Assembly (NCBI GenBank): GCA_016722065.1
Contig: JADKGX010000001.1
Location: 1,036,951 to 1,100,950 of the forward strand
Direction: 5' to 3'
DNA: 64,000 nucleotides
DNA from: Planctomycetota bacterium
GTDB lineage: Bacteria; Planctomycetota; UBA8742; UBA2392
The translations under genes and the position numbers were made by a program. Every line of letters starts with the position of its first letter. Positions within the stretch are counted from its first letter, which is position 1. Below are positions 1-8,608 of this stretch, piece after piece. The notes beneath the pieces are model-generated. The model made no database searches. It was not told where the DNA came from and worked only from the letters and a program-made list of their open reading frames with translations.

Positions 1-2
1 CG

Positions 3-371
3 GCCAACCTGTCTGCAACCGGCGGCAGCGGCATGGCAGGGGGCAATGGCGGCACCATCGAACTGGACACCGAAGGCAACCGCGCGCGCGTGGCAGCCAT
101 GCTGCTGGCATCGGCCGGTTTCTCGCTTACGGGTGGCGGCACCGGCGGGTTCATCGGCATTGGTGCCAACGATTCCCCTGCATCTGTGGTGCTGGCAGCC
201 GGCACACGCCTGGCCGCCGACGGCACCGGCAGCGGCGTGGCGGGCTTTATCACCCTTGACCCGCTGGGCGCGGCGCCCAACCCAAACCTGGTCATCGACA
301 CCGGCGTTGTCCTGAGCACCCGCGACGGCGACGGCACCGACCAGGCCGCCACAAACCAGACACTGGATTGA
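3..371 (+). CDS. C-terminal fragment of a Gly-rich secreted repeat protein (5' end outside window)
   Basis: Frame 3 is open from the window edge to TGA 369-371. Gly/Thr/Asp-rich beta-helix-like repeats (GNGGTIELD, LTGGGTGGFIGIG, DGTGSGVAGFITLD). Confidence 0.4.
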   Translation, partial: ANLSATGGSGMAGGNGGTIELDTEGNRARVAAMLLASAGFSLTGGGTGGFIGIGANDSPASVVLAAGTRLAADGTGSGVAGFITLDPLGAAPNPNLVIDTGVVLSTRDGDGTDQAATNQTLD

Positions 372-467
372 GCAAAGGCCCGGGCTTGTTACCCGCCCCG
401 ACCCGGCATATCCTGCCCGCCCTTGATGCGCCCCGCACAGCGGGGCGTATGGCTGTGGAGACAAACC

Positions 468-2216
468 ATGCGGCTGTTGAAGTTCGCACCTGTTCTGCTG
501 CTCTTGCTGGCCCTGACCGCCTGCGGCGACAAGACCGAAGACGTTGAGCCCATGGCCTGGCCGTTTCTTGAAACGCCCACGGCCTTGAGCATCAATGGCC
601 AGTCCTTCAGCGCCTTTGTTGCCAAGACCGAAGCCCACCGCAAACGCGCCCTGTACGGCCTTGCCATCAAGGAAAAGCAGGCCATTGCCTATCTGTACCC
701 CAAGCTGGACGAAGCGGCAGAAATCAAGTTCCGCAACCTGCCCGATGCCGCCGACCTGGTGTTCATTGACGCCAAAGGCAAGGCCATCGCCATTGAAAGC
801 GTGCCAGCCTTCAGCACGGGTACCTTCCCCCATGCCTACGCCCACGAAGGCGCGCGGCTGGTGCTGCAACTGCCTAAGGGCACGGCGGAAAGCCTCAAGA
901 TCTCCCGTGGCAGCGACGTAAAGACAGAACCAGACCTGCTGCAGGAAGCCGAGAAAGCCGAACTGCAACTGGCCCGCATGTACTTTGTCAAAACCGCCCG
1001 CGAGGAAGAAAAGCCCAAAGACGCAGCCTATGTCAGCCTGAAGGTGCTGGCCAAGGCCGACGAATGCGCCCAGGGCCTCAAGAACCGCCCCGAGCTCAAG
1101 GACGGCGAAGGTGTGATTTTGCCCGTCAGCGGCATGCACGAGTTCTGGCTCAAGGGTGTGGAGGGCAAGTGCTGCGCGGCCTATGTGGAACGCAGCCAGA
1201 CCGGCGGCTATGTGATCAGCGCCATGTATGAAGGCATCGAAGACACCGGCTCGGGCGACCTTTCACGCCCGCTGTACTATTCACCCGGCACGGCCACCTA
1301 CCTTGCCATCTGGCGCGGGGCGGACTTCTTTACCAAGAACAGCATTGAGCGGCGCTCGCACGTTGTGCTGGCTGGCGTCGAAGTCTACAGCGCCGAAAAC
1401 CCTGACTACGCGGCCCTGGCCGTCAAGTTTGGCGACACACAACTGACCTGCCGCCTGGCCCGCAACCCCAGCGAGCGCGAAACCGCGCTGATCGACGCCC
1501 CCAGCCTGAAAGAGGGCAAGGGCATCGTGATGGCCTGGGACGAACCCGGCGATGTGAAGATCGAAAGCGCCCCCGCCGGCGCCAACCTGTGGTTCATCAA
1601 CGACGACGGCGGCAACAAGTACAGCATTGGCGAAAAGGTCAAAGGCACCGGTACTGAAGTCAAACTGGCCGCCAAATCGCGCTTTGTGCTGGCGGTTCCG
1701 GCCGGCTTTGAAGGCAAGGGTGATCTCGACCTGCCCTGGCTGGTTCGCGACCTCAAGCCCTGGCTGCCGGCGATTGCGTTTTACAACTCCAAGCAGAAAG
1801 ACGTGGTCAAGGACCGCTGGCCCACGGCCAAGGACAACCTGCGCAAGCTGGCCCACGTGGAACTGGCGATCACGGATTCCGAACAGCGCCGAGGCCTGAT
1901 GTTCCGCACCAGCCTCAAGACCGACCACGGCATGTTGTTCATCTATAAGGAAGAAGAAGCCAGCCTTAGCTACTGGATGAAGAACTGCAAGATGAACATC
2001 TCGATTGCCTTTGTGAACGACCGGGGCGAGATCATCAAGATTCACGCCCACATGCTGGCGCCCAAACCCGGCACACCCGACGAACTGCTGGAGAACTACC
2101 CCTCGGGCGGGCCAGCCAAGTACGCCATTGAAATGGATGAAGACTGGTTTGCCAAAAACGGCATCAAGGAAGGCGACCGCGTTTTCATTCCACCTGAATG
2201 GACCAGCCTGAAGTAA
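468..2216 (+). CDS. Lipoprotein composed of four tandem DUF192-like modules (last one canonical)
   Basis: ATG 468 is preceded by GGAG 7 nt upstream; the ORF-track start 423 is an upstream TTG. Signal peptide with lipobox LLLALTAC. The C-terminal module (LAHVELAITDSEQRRGLMFR..HGMLFIY..YWMKNCKMNISIAFVNDRGEIIKI..YAIEMDEDWFAKNGIKEGDRV) fits DUF192/COG1430. Three degenerate copies lie upstream. Confidence 0.7.
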   Translation: MRLLKFAPVLLLLLALTACGDKTEDVEPMAWPFLETPTALSINGQSFSAFVAKTEAHRKRALYGLAIKEKQAIAYLYPKLDEAAEIKFRNLPDAADLVFIDAKGKAIAIESVPAFSTGTFPHAYAHEGARLVLQLPKGTAESLKISRGSDVKTEPDLLQEAEKAELQLARMYFVKTAREEEKPKDAAYVSLKVLAKADECAQGLKNRPELKDGEGVILPVSGMHEFWLKGVEGKCCAAYVERSQTGGYVISAMYEGIEDTGSGDLSRPLYYSPGTATYLAIWRGADFFTKNSIERRSHVVLAGVEVYSAENPDYAALAVKFGDTQLTCRLARNPSERETALIDAPSLKEGKGIVMAWDEPGDVKIESAPAGANLWFINDDGGNKYSIGEKVKGTGTEVKLAAKSRFVLAVPAGFEGKGDLDLPWLVRDLKPWLPAIAFYNSKQKDVVKDRWPTAKDNLRKLAHVELAITDSEQRRGLMFRTSLKTDHGMLFIYKEEEASLSYWMKNCKMNISIAFVNDRGEIIKIHAHMLAPKPGTPDELLENYPSGGPAKYAIEMDEDWFAKNGIKEGDRVFIPPEWTSLK

Positions 2217-2235
2217 GCTGGCCAATGCAACCACG

Positions 2236-2273
2236 GGGGCGCGGCGGCTGGTTCGCCTCGCCCCTTTGCTTTG
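2236..2273 (+). terminator. Rho-independent terminator after the DUF192 lipoprotein gene
   Basis: Stem GGGGCGCGGCG / CGCCTCGCCCC (one mismatch), loop GCTGGTT, then TTTGCTTTG. Lies 20 nt after the stop codon. Confidence 0.6.
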
Positions 2274-2314
2274 AAGCCCGGAAACTGAACCGGCCCAAAC
2301 CGCAAGAATAAGCC

Positions 2315-2599
2315 ATGGGATGCCTCTACCTGCTGGTTGCGTTGATTTCTCCCCGGCTGTTGCTGGGCGGGCTGTGGTTTTTCACCGGCTATGTGCGGCC
2401 CGGGGCCTTTCAATCCTTCCTGTGGCCGCTGCTGGGGCTGATCTTCATGCCCTGGCTGACACTGGGGCTGGTATGGGGCGGCAACGTGGGTTTTGGCCCC
2501 TTGCAGATCGCGGCCTGTGTAATCGGCGGCATCATGGACGTAACAGCCCACAGCGACGCCGAACGCCGCCGCCGCAGGGCAAACCGTAACAGCAACTGA
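2315..2599 (+). CDS. Small integral membrane protein (about 3 TM helices, basic C-terminal tail)
   Basis: 94-aa ORF with host-like GC3. Hydrophobic segments LYLLVALISPRLLLGGLWFF, LWPLLGLIFMPWLTLGLVW and LQIAACVIGGIM, with tail ERRRRRANRNSN. Confidence 0.55.
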   Translation: MGCLYLLVALISPRLLLGGLWFFTGYVRPGAFQSFLWPLLGLIFMPWLTLGLVWGGNVGFGPLQIAACVIGGIMDVTAHSDAERRRRRANRNSN

Positions 2600-2768
2600 C
2601 CCTGCAAGGCCGCAGCCCCGACACGACTGGCCAACACCGCAACGGCCCTGCCGCCAAGGCGCCGCGCAGCATCAAGGACTGCACAAGCACAAAGCCGACC
2701 CCAGGCCATGGCCCTGCATGGCGGCCCTGGCGTTCCTTGCGCTAGATCTTTGCTGGCCAAACCGGCTG

Positions 2769-3323
2769 CTAGGCCGCAATCGGCGTTGCTTCGGCGGGCA
2801 CTCCCTTCCTTGGTGCGGGTGCGGGCGCGGGTGCGGGGGCCTGTTCGGCATCGGCCTGCGGCCCGGAATCGGCTTGGGTGGCTGGTTCTGCTGACTTTGG
2901 CGGACAAAGTGAGTCCGCACCGGCGGTCAATTCGGCCATCACCTGGGCGACGGCTTCTTTGGCCTCGGCGTAGCATTCGATTTTGAGTTTCTCGCGGCGT
3001 TCGATCATTTTTTGCAGGTACATGTCGGTGCGCAGCGCGACGGTAGGAGAGACCATCCAGCGATGGGCTTCGCTGGATTTTTCGATCACCTCTTTTTGTT
3101 CGCGGTCAAACAGTTCCAGGGTGCGTTTCCAGCGCTCAATGCTGGCATCCAGGAGGTCGCCGTCGCGAAGTTTGTAAATGGCGTCAAAGGCGGCATTGAA
3201 CCTTTCCAGCGCGACCTTCTCCATTTGCGCCTGCGCAGGCGCGGCCGCCGGCTGCGCGGGCGGCTTCGGGTGTGCGGGATGCGGCTTGGCGTTTCGTGGC
3301 CTGACAGAGTGATAGCGTGACAT
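2769..3323 (-). CDS. Hypothetical protein (Pro/Ala-rich ends, helical core)
   Basis: Start chosen at ATG 3323 (MSRYHSV..). The upstream 74 codons of the 258-aa ORF look like non-coding read-through. The core EKVALERFNAAFDAIYKLRDGDLLDASIERWKRTLELFDREQKEV has coding-like composition. Confidence 0.5.
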   Translation of the reverse strand: MSRYHSVRPRNAKPHPAHPKPPAQPAAAPAQAQMEKVALERFNAAFDAIYKLRDGDLLDASIERWKRTLELFDREQKEVIEKSSEAHRWMVSPTVALRTDMYLQKMIERREKLKIECYAEAKEAVAQVMAELTAGADSLCPPKSAEPATQADSGPQADAEQAPAPAPAPAPRKGVPAEATPIAA

Positions 3324-3680
3324 GACCGGTACCTCGTTGATCGGACCAGCGCAAACAATCGCGCTCGATGCAAAGAGGATACAGAGAGGTGCGACATTCC
3401 CGGGGCGCCCCAACCTGGGGGCAGTCCACGGGCGATATGGGGTCCAATGGGCAGGACTGTGGCCAGCCCCAAACAAGAGCCCGAAGCGCCAGCGAGGGCA
3501 GCAGGCAAGCTGCCAGCTCCAATCGCCCGACAACCAGCCGCTCACTCAAGGCAAGACCAAGCGACGGCAGGCAGGCTGCCTGCTCCACAAACGGCAGCAG
3601 CCCGAAGCCTTCAGGCGCGGAGCGCCGCAACCAAGTTAGCCCCCGGCGCAAGCCGGGGGTTTGCCATTCACACAAGGCCC

Positions 3681-3727
3681 AAGCCGCGGAGCGGCGACAC
3701 TCCCAGCCTGTCGCCGCTCCGCGGCTT
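3681..3727. repeat. Perfect 19-bp inverted repeat with 9-nt loop
   Basis: AAGCCGCGGAGCGGCGACA (3681-3699), loop CTCCCAGCC, then TGTCGCCGCTCCGCGGCTT (3709-3727). Sits between two oppositely oriented terminator-like hairpins. Confidence 0.8.
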
Positions 3728-3737
3728 GAAACAATGG

Positions 3738-3770
3738 GCGAAACGAAACCCCCACCTGACGGCGGGGGCT
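3738..3770 (-). terminator. Rho-independent terminator (minus strand) after the 36-codon ORF and the E1 gene
   Basis: Minus strand reads CCCCCGCC-GTCA-GGTGGGGG (one G.U pair) followed by TTTCGTTTCG. Begins 7 nt after the TAG of the small ORF. Confidence 0.6.
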
Positions 3771-3776
3771 AACCAT

Positions 3777-3887
3777 CTATGCCTGCTCCGCAGGCAGCGG
3801 CATAGCAATCGGCACGGCCCCGGCCTTGCGCTCATCACCGTCCAGCCAGGTGCCATAGGTGATGAAGTAGTTCAGTGATGGTTTCAC
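3777..3887 (-). CDS. Candidate small protein, 36 aa (MKPSLNYFITYGTWLDGDERKAGAVPIAMPLPAEQA)
   Basis: GTG start with AAGG 8 nt upstream. Host-like codons (AAC TAC TTC ATC ACC GGC ACC TGG CTG GAC ..). Terminator directly downstream. Too short to appear in the ORF track. Confidence 0.4.
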   Translation of the reverse strand: MKPSLNYFITYGTWLDGDERKAGAVPIAMPLPAEQA

Positions 3888-3944
3888 TGACTAAACCTTG
3901 GGGTCTTGTTGTGAGAACTACCCCGTCGCTTCACTTTCGGGCTG

Positions 3945-6233
3945 CTAGAACCCTGCCACGGCTTCTATTGCTTGTTTGATCCAGGCTGGTTGGGGCAGGA
4001 TTGCGGCTTCCAGCACTGTTGAAAACGGTACCGGGCTGAAGCGGGCGCCTACTCTTTCTATGGGCGCGTCCAGATGCTTAAAGGCTTTCTTGGCAATCAG
4101 GGCGGCTAGCTCGCCGCCGAAGCCGCCGAACTCGGAGCCTTCGTGGGCTATCACTACCCGGCCGGTTTTCTTGACCCACTCTAGAATCGTCTCTTCGTCC
4201 AGGGGCACGATGCTGCGCAGGTCGACCACGGCCACGGAAATGCCCCGTGCCGTGTTGCCTGTGCCCTGTGCCGGGTCAACCGCACCGCCTTCGTGCGGGT
4301 GGCTGCCGCCGCCGTCGCTGCTGCGGTGGTCGCCGGTGTCGGCGGCGCGCACCATTTCGGGGGCGCGGCGGTCTTCACCGGCAGGATTGCCGGTGCCACC
4401 TGTCGAAACGCGCCTGTCGTTACTTTCGACTCTCGACCCTTGACCCTCGACGCCCTTCGACAGTTCTTCTGCGGCTTTCAACGCCATGTGAATGGCGTTG
4501 CCATAGCTGAACACGACTACGTCGGTGCCTTCGCGGCGCACCCTGGCCTTGCCAAACGGAACATGAAACTCCTGCGGAATGTGCGCGCGGGTACGCGGGT
4601 CGTTGTACAGCCCCTTGGGTTCCATGAACAACGTGGGGCCGCGCGATTTCATGGCCGTTCGCATCAAGCCATAGGCGTCATCGGCAAAGGCCGGGTACAC
4701 AATGCGCACGCCTGGAATATTGGCCAGGCTGCCTTCAATCGTCTGGCTGTGGTACAGGCCGCCGCCAATGTAGCCGCCGCTGGCCAGGCGAATCACCACG
4801 TTGGGCGTAAACTGGCCGCGCGTGCGATAGTAATCGTGGCTGCATTCGACGTACTGGTCCATGGCGGGCCAGAAGTAATCGGCAAACTCTGCGCCTTCCA
4901 CCACCACGCGAATCTTGGGGCTGTAGCGGCTGAAGCCGTTGGCCGCGCCCATGATCCAGTTTTCGGCAATCGGCGCGTTGAACACGCGCTCATGCCCGAA
5001 CTCCTTCTGCATGCCCTTGGTGACCAGGAAAATGCCTTCTTTTTCCTTGTTGGCGATGTCCTGGCCCCACAGGTAGGTATCGGGGTTATCCCGGAACTCG
5101 CGTCGCAAGGCCGCGTTGATGCCCTGGCGCAGGGTCAAACCCATGCCCTTCTTGGCCTCAAAGTGTTCCACGAACTGCTTGTCCTGCGGGTCAGGCACGC
5201 CGTTGCCTTCCACCGCATAGACCGGCGGAAACACGAACTCGAGCGCGGTTTTGGGGTCGGGCTTGGCTGCTTGCTCGCCGTAGCTTCGGGCTTCATTGAA
5301 CTCGGACGTGGCGTCGGCCTCGATTTCTGACAGGCGGGCCTCGGTGATGCCGGCTTCGTCAATCAACCACTTGCGAAAGATCGGCAGCGGGTCGTGGGCC
5401 TTGGCCTCGGCCAGTTCTGTTTCGTCGCGGTACAGAATGTGGTTGTCGCTGTTGCTGTGGCTGCCAATGCGCGCGCACCAGGCGTACACGATGGCGCAGC
5501 CGTCGCCCTTGGCGGCGTATTGCGTGGCTTCGTGCATGGCTTTGAAGCAGGCCATCACGTCGCGGCCGTCAATACGCCAGATTTTGGCGCCCGCCAGGCC
5601 GGCAAAGTTATCGGCCAGGCATTCGTTGGCGGATTGGTCGCGCTTGGGCACGCTGATGCCGTAGCCGTTGTCCTGGATCACGGTCACCACGGGCAGGCGG
5701 TCCTTGCTGATGGCGTTGAGGGCTTCATACACATAGCCCTCGCTGGTGCTGGATTCGCCAAAGCTGCAATAGACCACGCTGTCGGCGCCGTACTTCTTGA
5801 CCGCCAGGCCCAACCCCGCCGCATGCTGGATGTGATTGCTTACGCAACTGCTGACGTTGTGAATGTTGATGGCGGGCTTGGCAAAGTGGTTGCTCATGTG
5901 CCGGCCGCCGCTGGCAACGTCTTCGTCGCGGCTGAGGCCATTGAGAATGGCTTCCTTGGCCGTAATGCCGGCCGCCAGCGCAGTGGTCAAATCGCGGTAA
6001 TACGGAAACAGGTGATCCTGGCCGGGTCTAAACGTAGCGCCCAGCGCAAGCTGGATGGCGTCGTGGCCGGCGTTGGGGGCGTGATAGGACCAGCCCATGG
6101 CCTTGCGCAGAAAGTTGGGAGCTTCGTTGTCGATCAACCTGCCCAGAAACAGCGTACGCCAGGCTTTTTCATGGCCGGGATAGTTCGGGGGCAGGTCAAG
6201 TTCTTTGCGCGGGGCGGGCTTGGTGCGGGCCAT
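3945..6233 (-). CDS. Thiamine-diphosphate-dependent 2-oxoacid dehydrogenase E1 component, fused alpha/beta subunits, with a 70-aa insertion
   Basis: The N-terminal half matches E1 alpha (SGGRHMSNHF, VYCSFGESSTSEGYVYEALNAI, VVTVIQDNGYGISVP). The C-terminal half matches E1 beta/transketolase-like (VFNAPIAENWIMGAANG, VIRLASGGYIGGGLYHSQ, VVDLRSIVPLD). No E2 or E3 gene is adjacent. Confidence 0.85.
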   Translation of the reverse strand: MARTKPAPRKELDLPPNYPGHEKAWRTLFLGRLIDNEAPNFLRKAMGWSYHAPNAGHDAIQLALGATFRPGQDHLFPYYRDLTTALAAGITAKEAILNGLSRDEDVASGGRHMSNHFAKPAINIHNVSSCVSNHIQHAAGLGLAVKKYGADSVVYCSFGESSTSEGYVYEALNAISKDRLPVVTVIQDNGYGISVPKRDQSANECLADNFAGLAGAKIWRIDGRDVMACFKAMHEATQYAAKGDGCAIVYAWCARIGSHSNSDNHILYRDETELAEAKAHDPLPIFRKWLIDEAGITEARLSEIEADATSEFNEARSYGEQAAKPDPKTALEFVFPPVYAVEGNGVPDPQDKQFVEHFEAKKGMGLTLRQGINAALRREFRDNPDTYLWGQDIANKEKEGIFLVTKGMQKEFGHERVFNAPIAENWIMGAANGFSRYSPKIRVVVEGAEFADYFWPAMDQYVECSHDYYRTRGQFTPNVVIRLASGGYIGGGLYHSQTIEGSLANIPGVRIVYPAFADDAYGLMRTAMKSRGPTLFMEPKGLYNDPRTRAHIPQEFHVPFGKARVRREGTDVVVFSYGNAIHMALKAAEELSKGVEGQGSRVESNDRRVSTGGTGNPAGEDRRAPEMVRAADTGDHRSSDGGGSHPHEGGAVDPAQGTGNTARGISVAVVDLRSIVPLDEETILEWVKKTGRVVIAHEGSEFGGFGGELAALIAKKAFKHLDAPIERVGARFSPVPFSTVLEAAILPQPAWIKQAIEAVAGF

Positions 6234-6345
6234 TGTGGTCTCATGATCTGTGAATCACCGCCCGTGCATAAGCGCCGGGCGGATTTATGTTTGTATCAAA
6301 ATCAGCGCCGTCAAGCGACCATGGGGCGCATGCGCCGACCGGGCT

Positions 6346-8514
6346 TCAGATCTGGTCGAGGTCGATTTCCATTTCGGTCTCGTCTTCTGAAGTGGGCTTG
6401 GGCGGGCTCTTGGATTGTGGCAGGGCGTCCTGGCGCTGGCGGATCTTTTCGTTGACCTGCTTGGCGGTCTCAGCCAGCGTGCGCACGGCTGTGCCGCCGG
6501 CCTTCTTGGTAAGCAAGGCCCTGGCTTGCTCGTGATCGGGCTCGTACTCAATCAGCAATCTTGCGTGCAGGGCACCGGCGGCGTCTTCGCCGGTGGCAAA
6601 GCAATCTTCGGCCAGTGTCAGGCGCGCGGCGTGAAAACGCGGGTCTTCCCGCAGGGCGTGCACCAGCAGCATGCGGCCCTGCTTGCGCTGGCCAATGCCC
6701 AGCAGCAACTCGCCCATGGCATAGGCCAGCACGGGGTCGCGGGCGTCAATCTTGCGCGCGTTGTGATATTCCACCAGCGCGCCGGCGGCGTCGTCCTGCA
6801 ACCAGCGCGCATCGCCCAGGTGACGGCGTGCCCAGAAGCAATCGGGCCAGCGCTTGAGTGCGGCCTTGCACAGTTGTTCGACCTTCTTGAAATCTCGCTG
6901 TTGCAGGGCGATTTCGGCCCGCACGCGCATGGGCGCCTGTTTTTCGGGGGCGTTGTTACACAGTTCGTCGGCGGCTTTGGCGGCAGGTTCGAGCTTTCCC
7001 TCGCCGGTCTGGCGCAGCAGGTCGACAAACCCGCGCATCAGGCGCTCGTCATCGCCGCTGATGCCGGGCAGGTGCTTCTTGCGCTGGGCCGCAGCAATGG
7101 CGATGCACAGGCCGTCGTCGTGGCGCCAGGCGGCCTCAAACTCGGCGTAGGGAATCTCGACGGGCTGCAAAAAGCGCGGGTCCTGGGCGATGATCAACTG
7201 GCCCGGCTCGTCGTAGCCGATCACGGCCAGTGCGTGGCCCGACATGCCATAGTATTCGGTCGTAACGACGGGGATGTTGCTGTCGATACAGCGGCGCAGC
7301 GTGTCGATAGACCCGAAAAACGCGCGCCAGGCGATACCTTCCACACCGGCCAGGTAATCAAACATGTCCGGCCAGCGCGTGCCGTGGCCGCGAAACACGC
7401 GGGCGGCAACTTCTTCCTGGCTGACGGGCTTGCCGACAAACGTCAGCACATTGGCCAGCGTGTTGGGCGCGCAGTAGGCGCGCTTTTGCAGCTTGCGCGG
7501 AAAATCCGACAGCCGGGCCGCCTTGCCTTTGTTGCGGGCCTCCAGGGCCTTGATGCGCGCCAGCGCGCCCGGCTTGAACTCCGTGCGCGGGTGCTGCTGC
7601 AGCAGGTCGCGAAACGCCAGCAGCGCGCCTTCTGCGCGGCCTGCGTGATACAAACTGACGCCGAGTTGAAAGCGCGAAGCTGCGGCGCTGTCGCAATCGG
7701 GGCTTACTTCCAGGGCGCGCTTGAGAAACGCAGCGGCTTCCTTGAACTGGCCCCTGGCCTCGTACATTTCGGACATCAGCTCATAGAACATCACGTTTTC
7801 AGGTGATTGCTCAATGCCGTAGGCCAGCACTTCCAGCGCCGGGTCCAACTTGCCCTGGATGAACAGGGCGTTACTGAGGCGAAAGAAAGCGTCCTCGCAG
7901 GTGGCATCCACTTGCAGGCCCTTGGCCAATTGGACTTCGGCTTCCGGGTAGGCGCCGATGCGCATCAGGCGAAAGCCTTCATCGGCCAGCAACTGGGCGC
8001 TGATCAACCCGAAGCTGGCGGCCTTTTCCAGGGCGTCCTGGCTGCTTTTGTTCAGGCCCAGCGCCGAGTACGCCACGCTGAGCGCCCCGCCGGCATGCAC
8101 GCGGTAGGGCACAAGTTCGTCTTGGTCTTGCAGCACGGCGTCCAGCACGCGCACGGAATCTTCCAGCCGGTTGCTGTCCAGCAGCGCGCGGCCCAGCAGA
8201 AAGCGCGCTTCCACATGGCAATCTTCCTGGCGGCAGGCCATGCGCAGCACACGGCAGGCCTCCTTCAGGCAGCGCTGGCGCCAGGCCACGTGGCCCGTCA
8301 AGGTCAGGAACTCGTGTTCAAAGGCCAGGATCGGCCACTGGCGCACGCCCTTGGCCAGCGTGTTGCGGGCGGCACGGAAGGCGCGGTTGTTAATGTGCTC
8401 GCGCGCGCGGGCAAGGCAGACCTTGCGGCTGGAAAAAGATTCAGCGGTGACGTCCCCGGCAGCCATGAAATTCCAAGATCCGCGGGCGAGAACAAGCGCC
8501 CGAATGCCAGTCAC
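6346..8514 (-). CDS. TPR-repeat protein with an embedded C39-like (papain-fold) cysteine peptidase domain
   Basis: The central segment RAYCAPNTLANVLTF...GMSGHALAVIGYDEPGQLIIAQDP carries a Cys/His/Asp arrangement typical of peptidase C39-like domains. TPR-like helical repeats lie on both sides. GTG start at 8514; alternative ATG at 8466. Confidence 0.6.
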   Translation of the reverse strand: MTGIRALVLARGSWNFMAAGDVTAESFSSRKVCLARAREHINNRAFRAARNTLAKGVRQWPILAFEHEFLTLTGHVAWRQRCLKEACRVLRMACRQEDCHVEARFLLGRALLDSNRLEDSVRVLDAVLQDQDELVPYRVHAGGALSVAYSALGLNKSSQDALEKAASFGLISAQLLADEGFRLMRIGAYPEAEVQLAKGLQVDATCEDAFFRLSNALFIQGKLDPALEVLAYGIEQSPENVMFYELMSEMYEARGQFKEAAAFLKRALEVSPDCDSAAASRFQLGVSLYHAGRAEGALLAFRDLLQQHPRTEFKPGALARIKALEARNKGKAARLSDFPRKLQKRAYCAPNTLANVLTFVGKPVSQEEVAARVFRGHGTRWPDMFDYLAGVEGIAWRAFFGSIDTLRRCIDSNIPVVTTEYYGMSGHALAVIGYDEPGQLIIAQDPRFLQPVEIPYAEFEAAWRHDDGLCIAIAAAQRKKHLPGISGDDERLMRGFVDLLRQTGEGKLEPAAKAADELCNNAPEKQAPMRVRAEIALQQRDFKKVEQLCKAALKRWPDCFWARRHLGDARWLQDDAAGALVEYHNARKIDARDPVLAYAMGELLLGIGQRKQGRMLLVHALREDPRFHAARLTLAEDCFATGEDAAGALHARLLIEYEPDHEQARALLTKKAGGTAVRTLAETAKQVNEKIRQRQDALPQSKSPPKPTSEDETEMEIDLDQI

Positions 8515-8608
8515 GGTCCAAAGTCCACAGCAACAGCGCGCGTCGCGATCCGCTGCGTTGTGTGCCAGCGGAACGTTGATTCTAGGCTAGCGCAGGCAGG
8601 CCGCGCAA

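Noticed and set aside
1281-2234. 317-aa minus-strand ORF opposite the DUF192 lipoprotein gene, and the similar 5394-6455 plus-strand ORF opposite the E1 gene
   Set aside because: The opposite strands carry clear homology-bearing genes. These ORFs have low-complexity Gly/Ala/Val/Arg composition typical of antisense frames.
3322-3639. 105-aa plus-strand ORF ending exactly at the 3640-3662 hairpin
   Set aside because: GC3 is only about 70%, with many A-ending codons rare in this window, and the sequence is Gln/Arg-rich low complexity. It is more likely non-coding (a possible sRNA region is noted in the findings).
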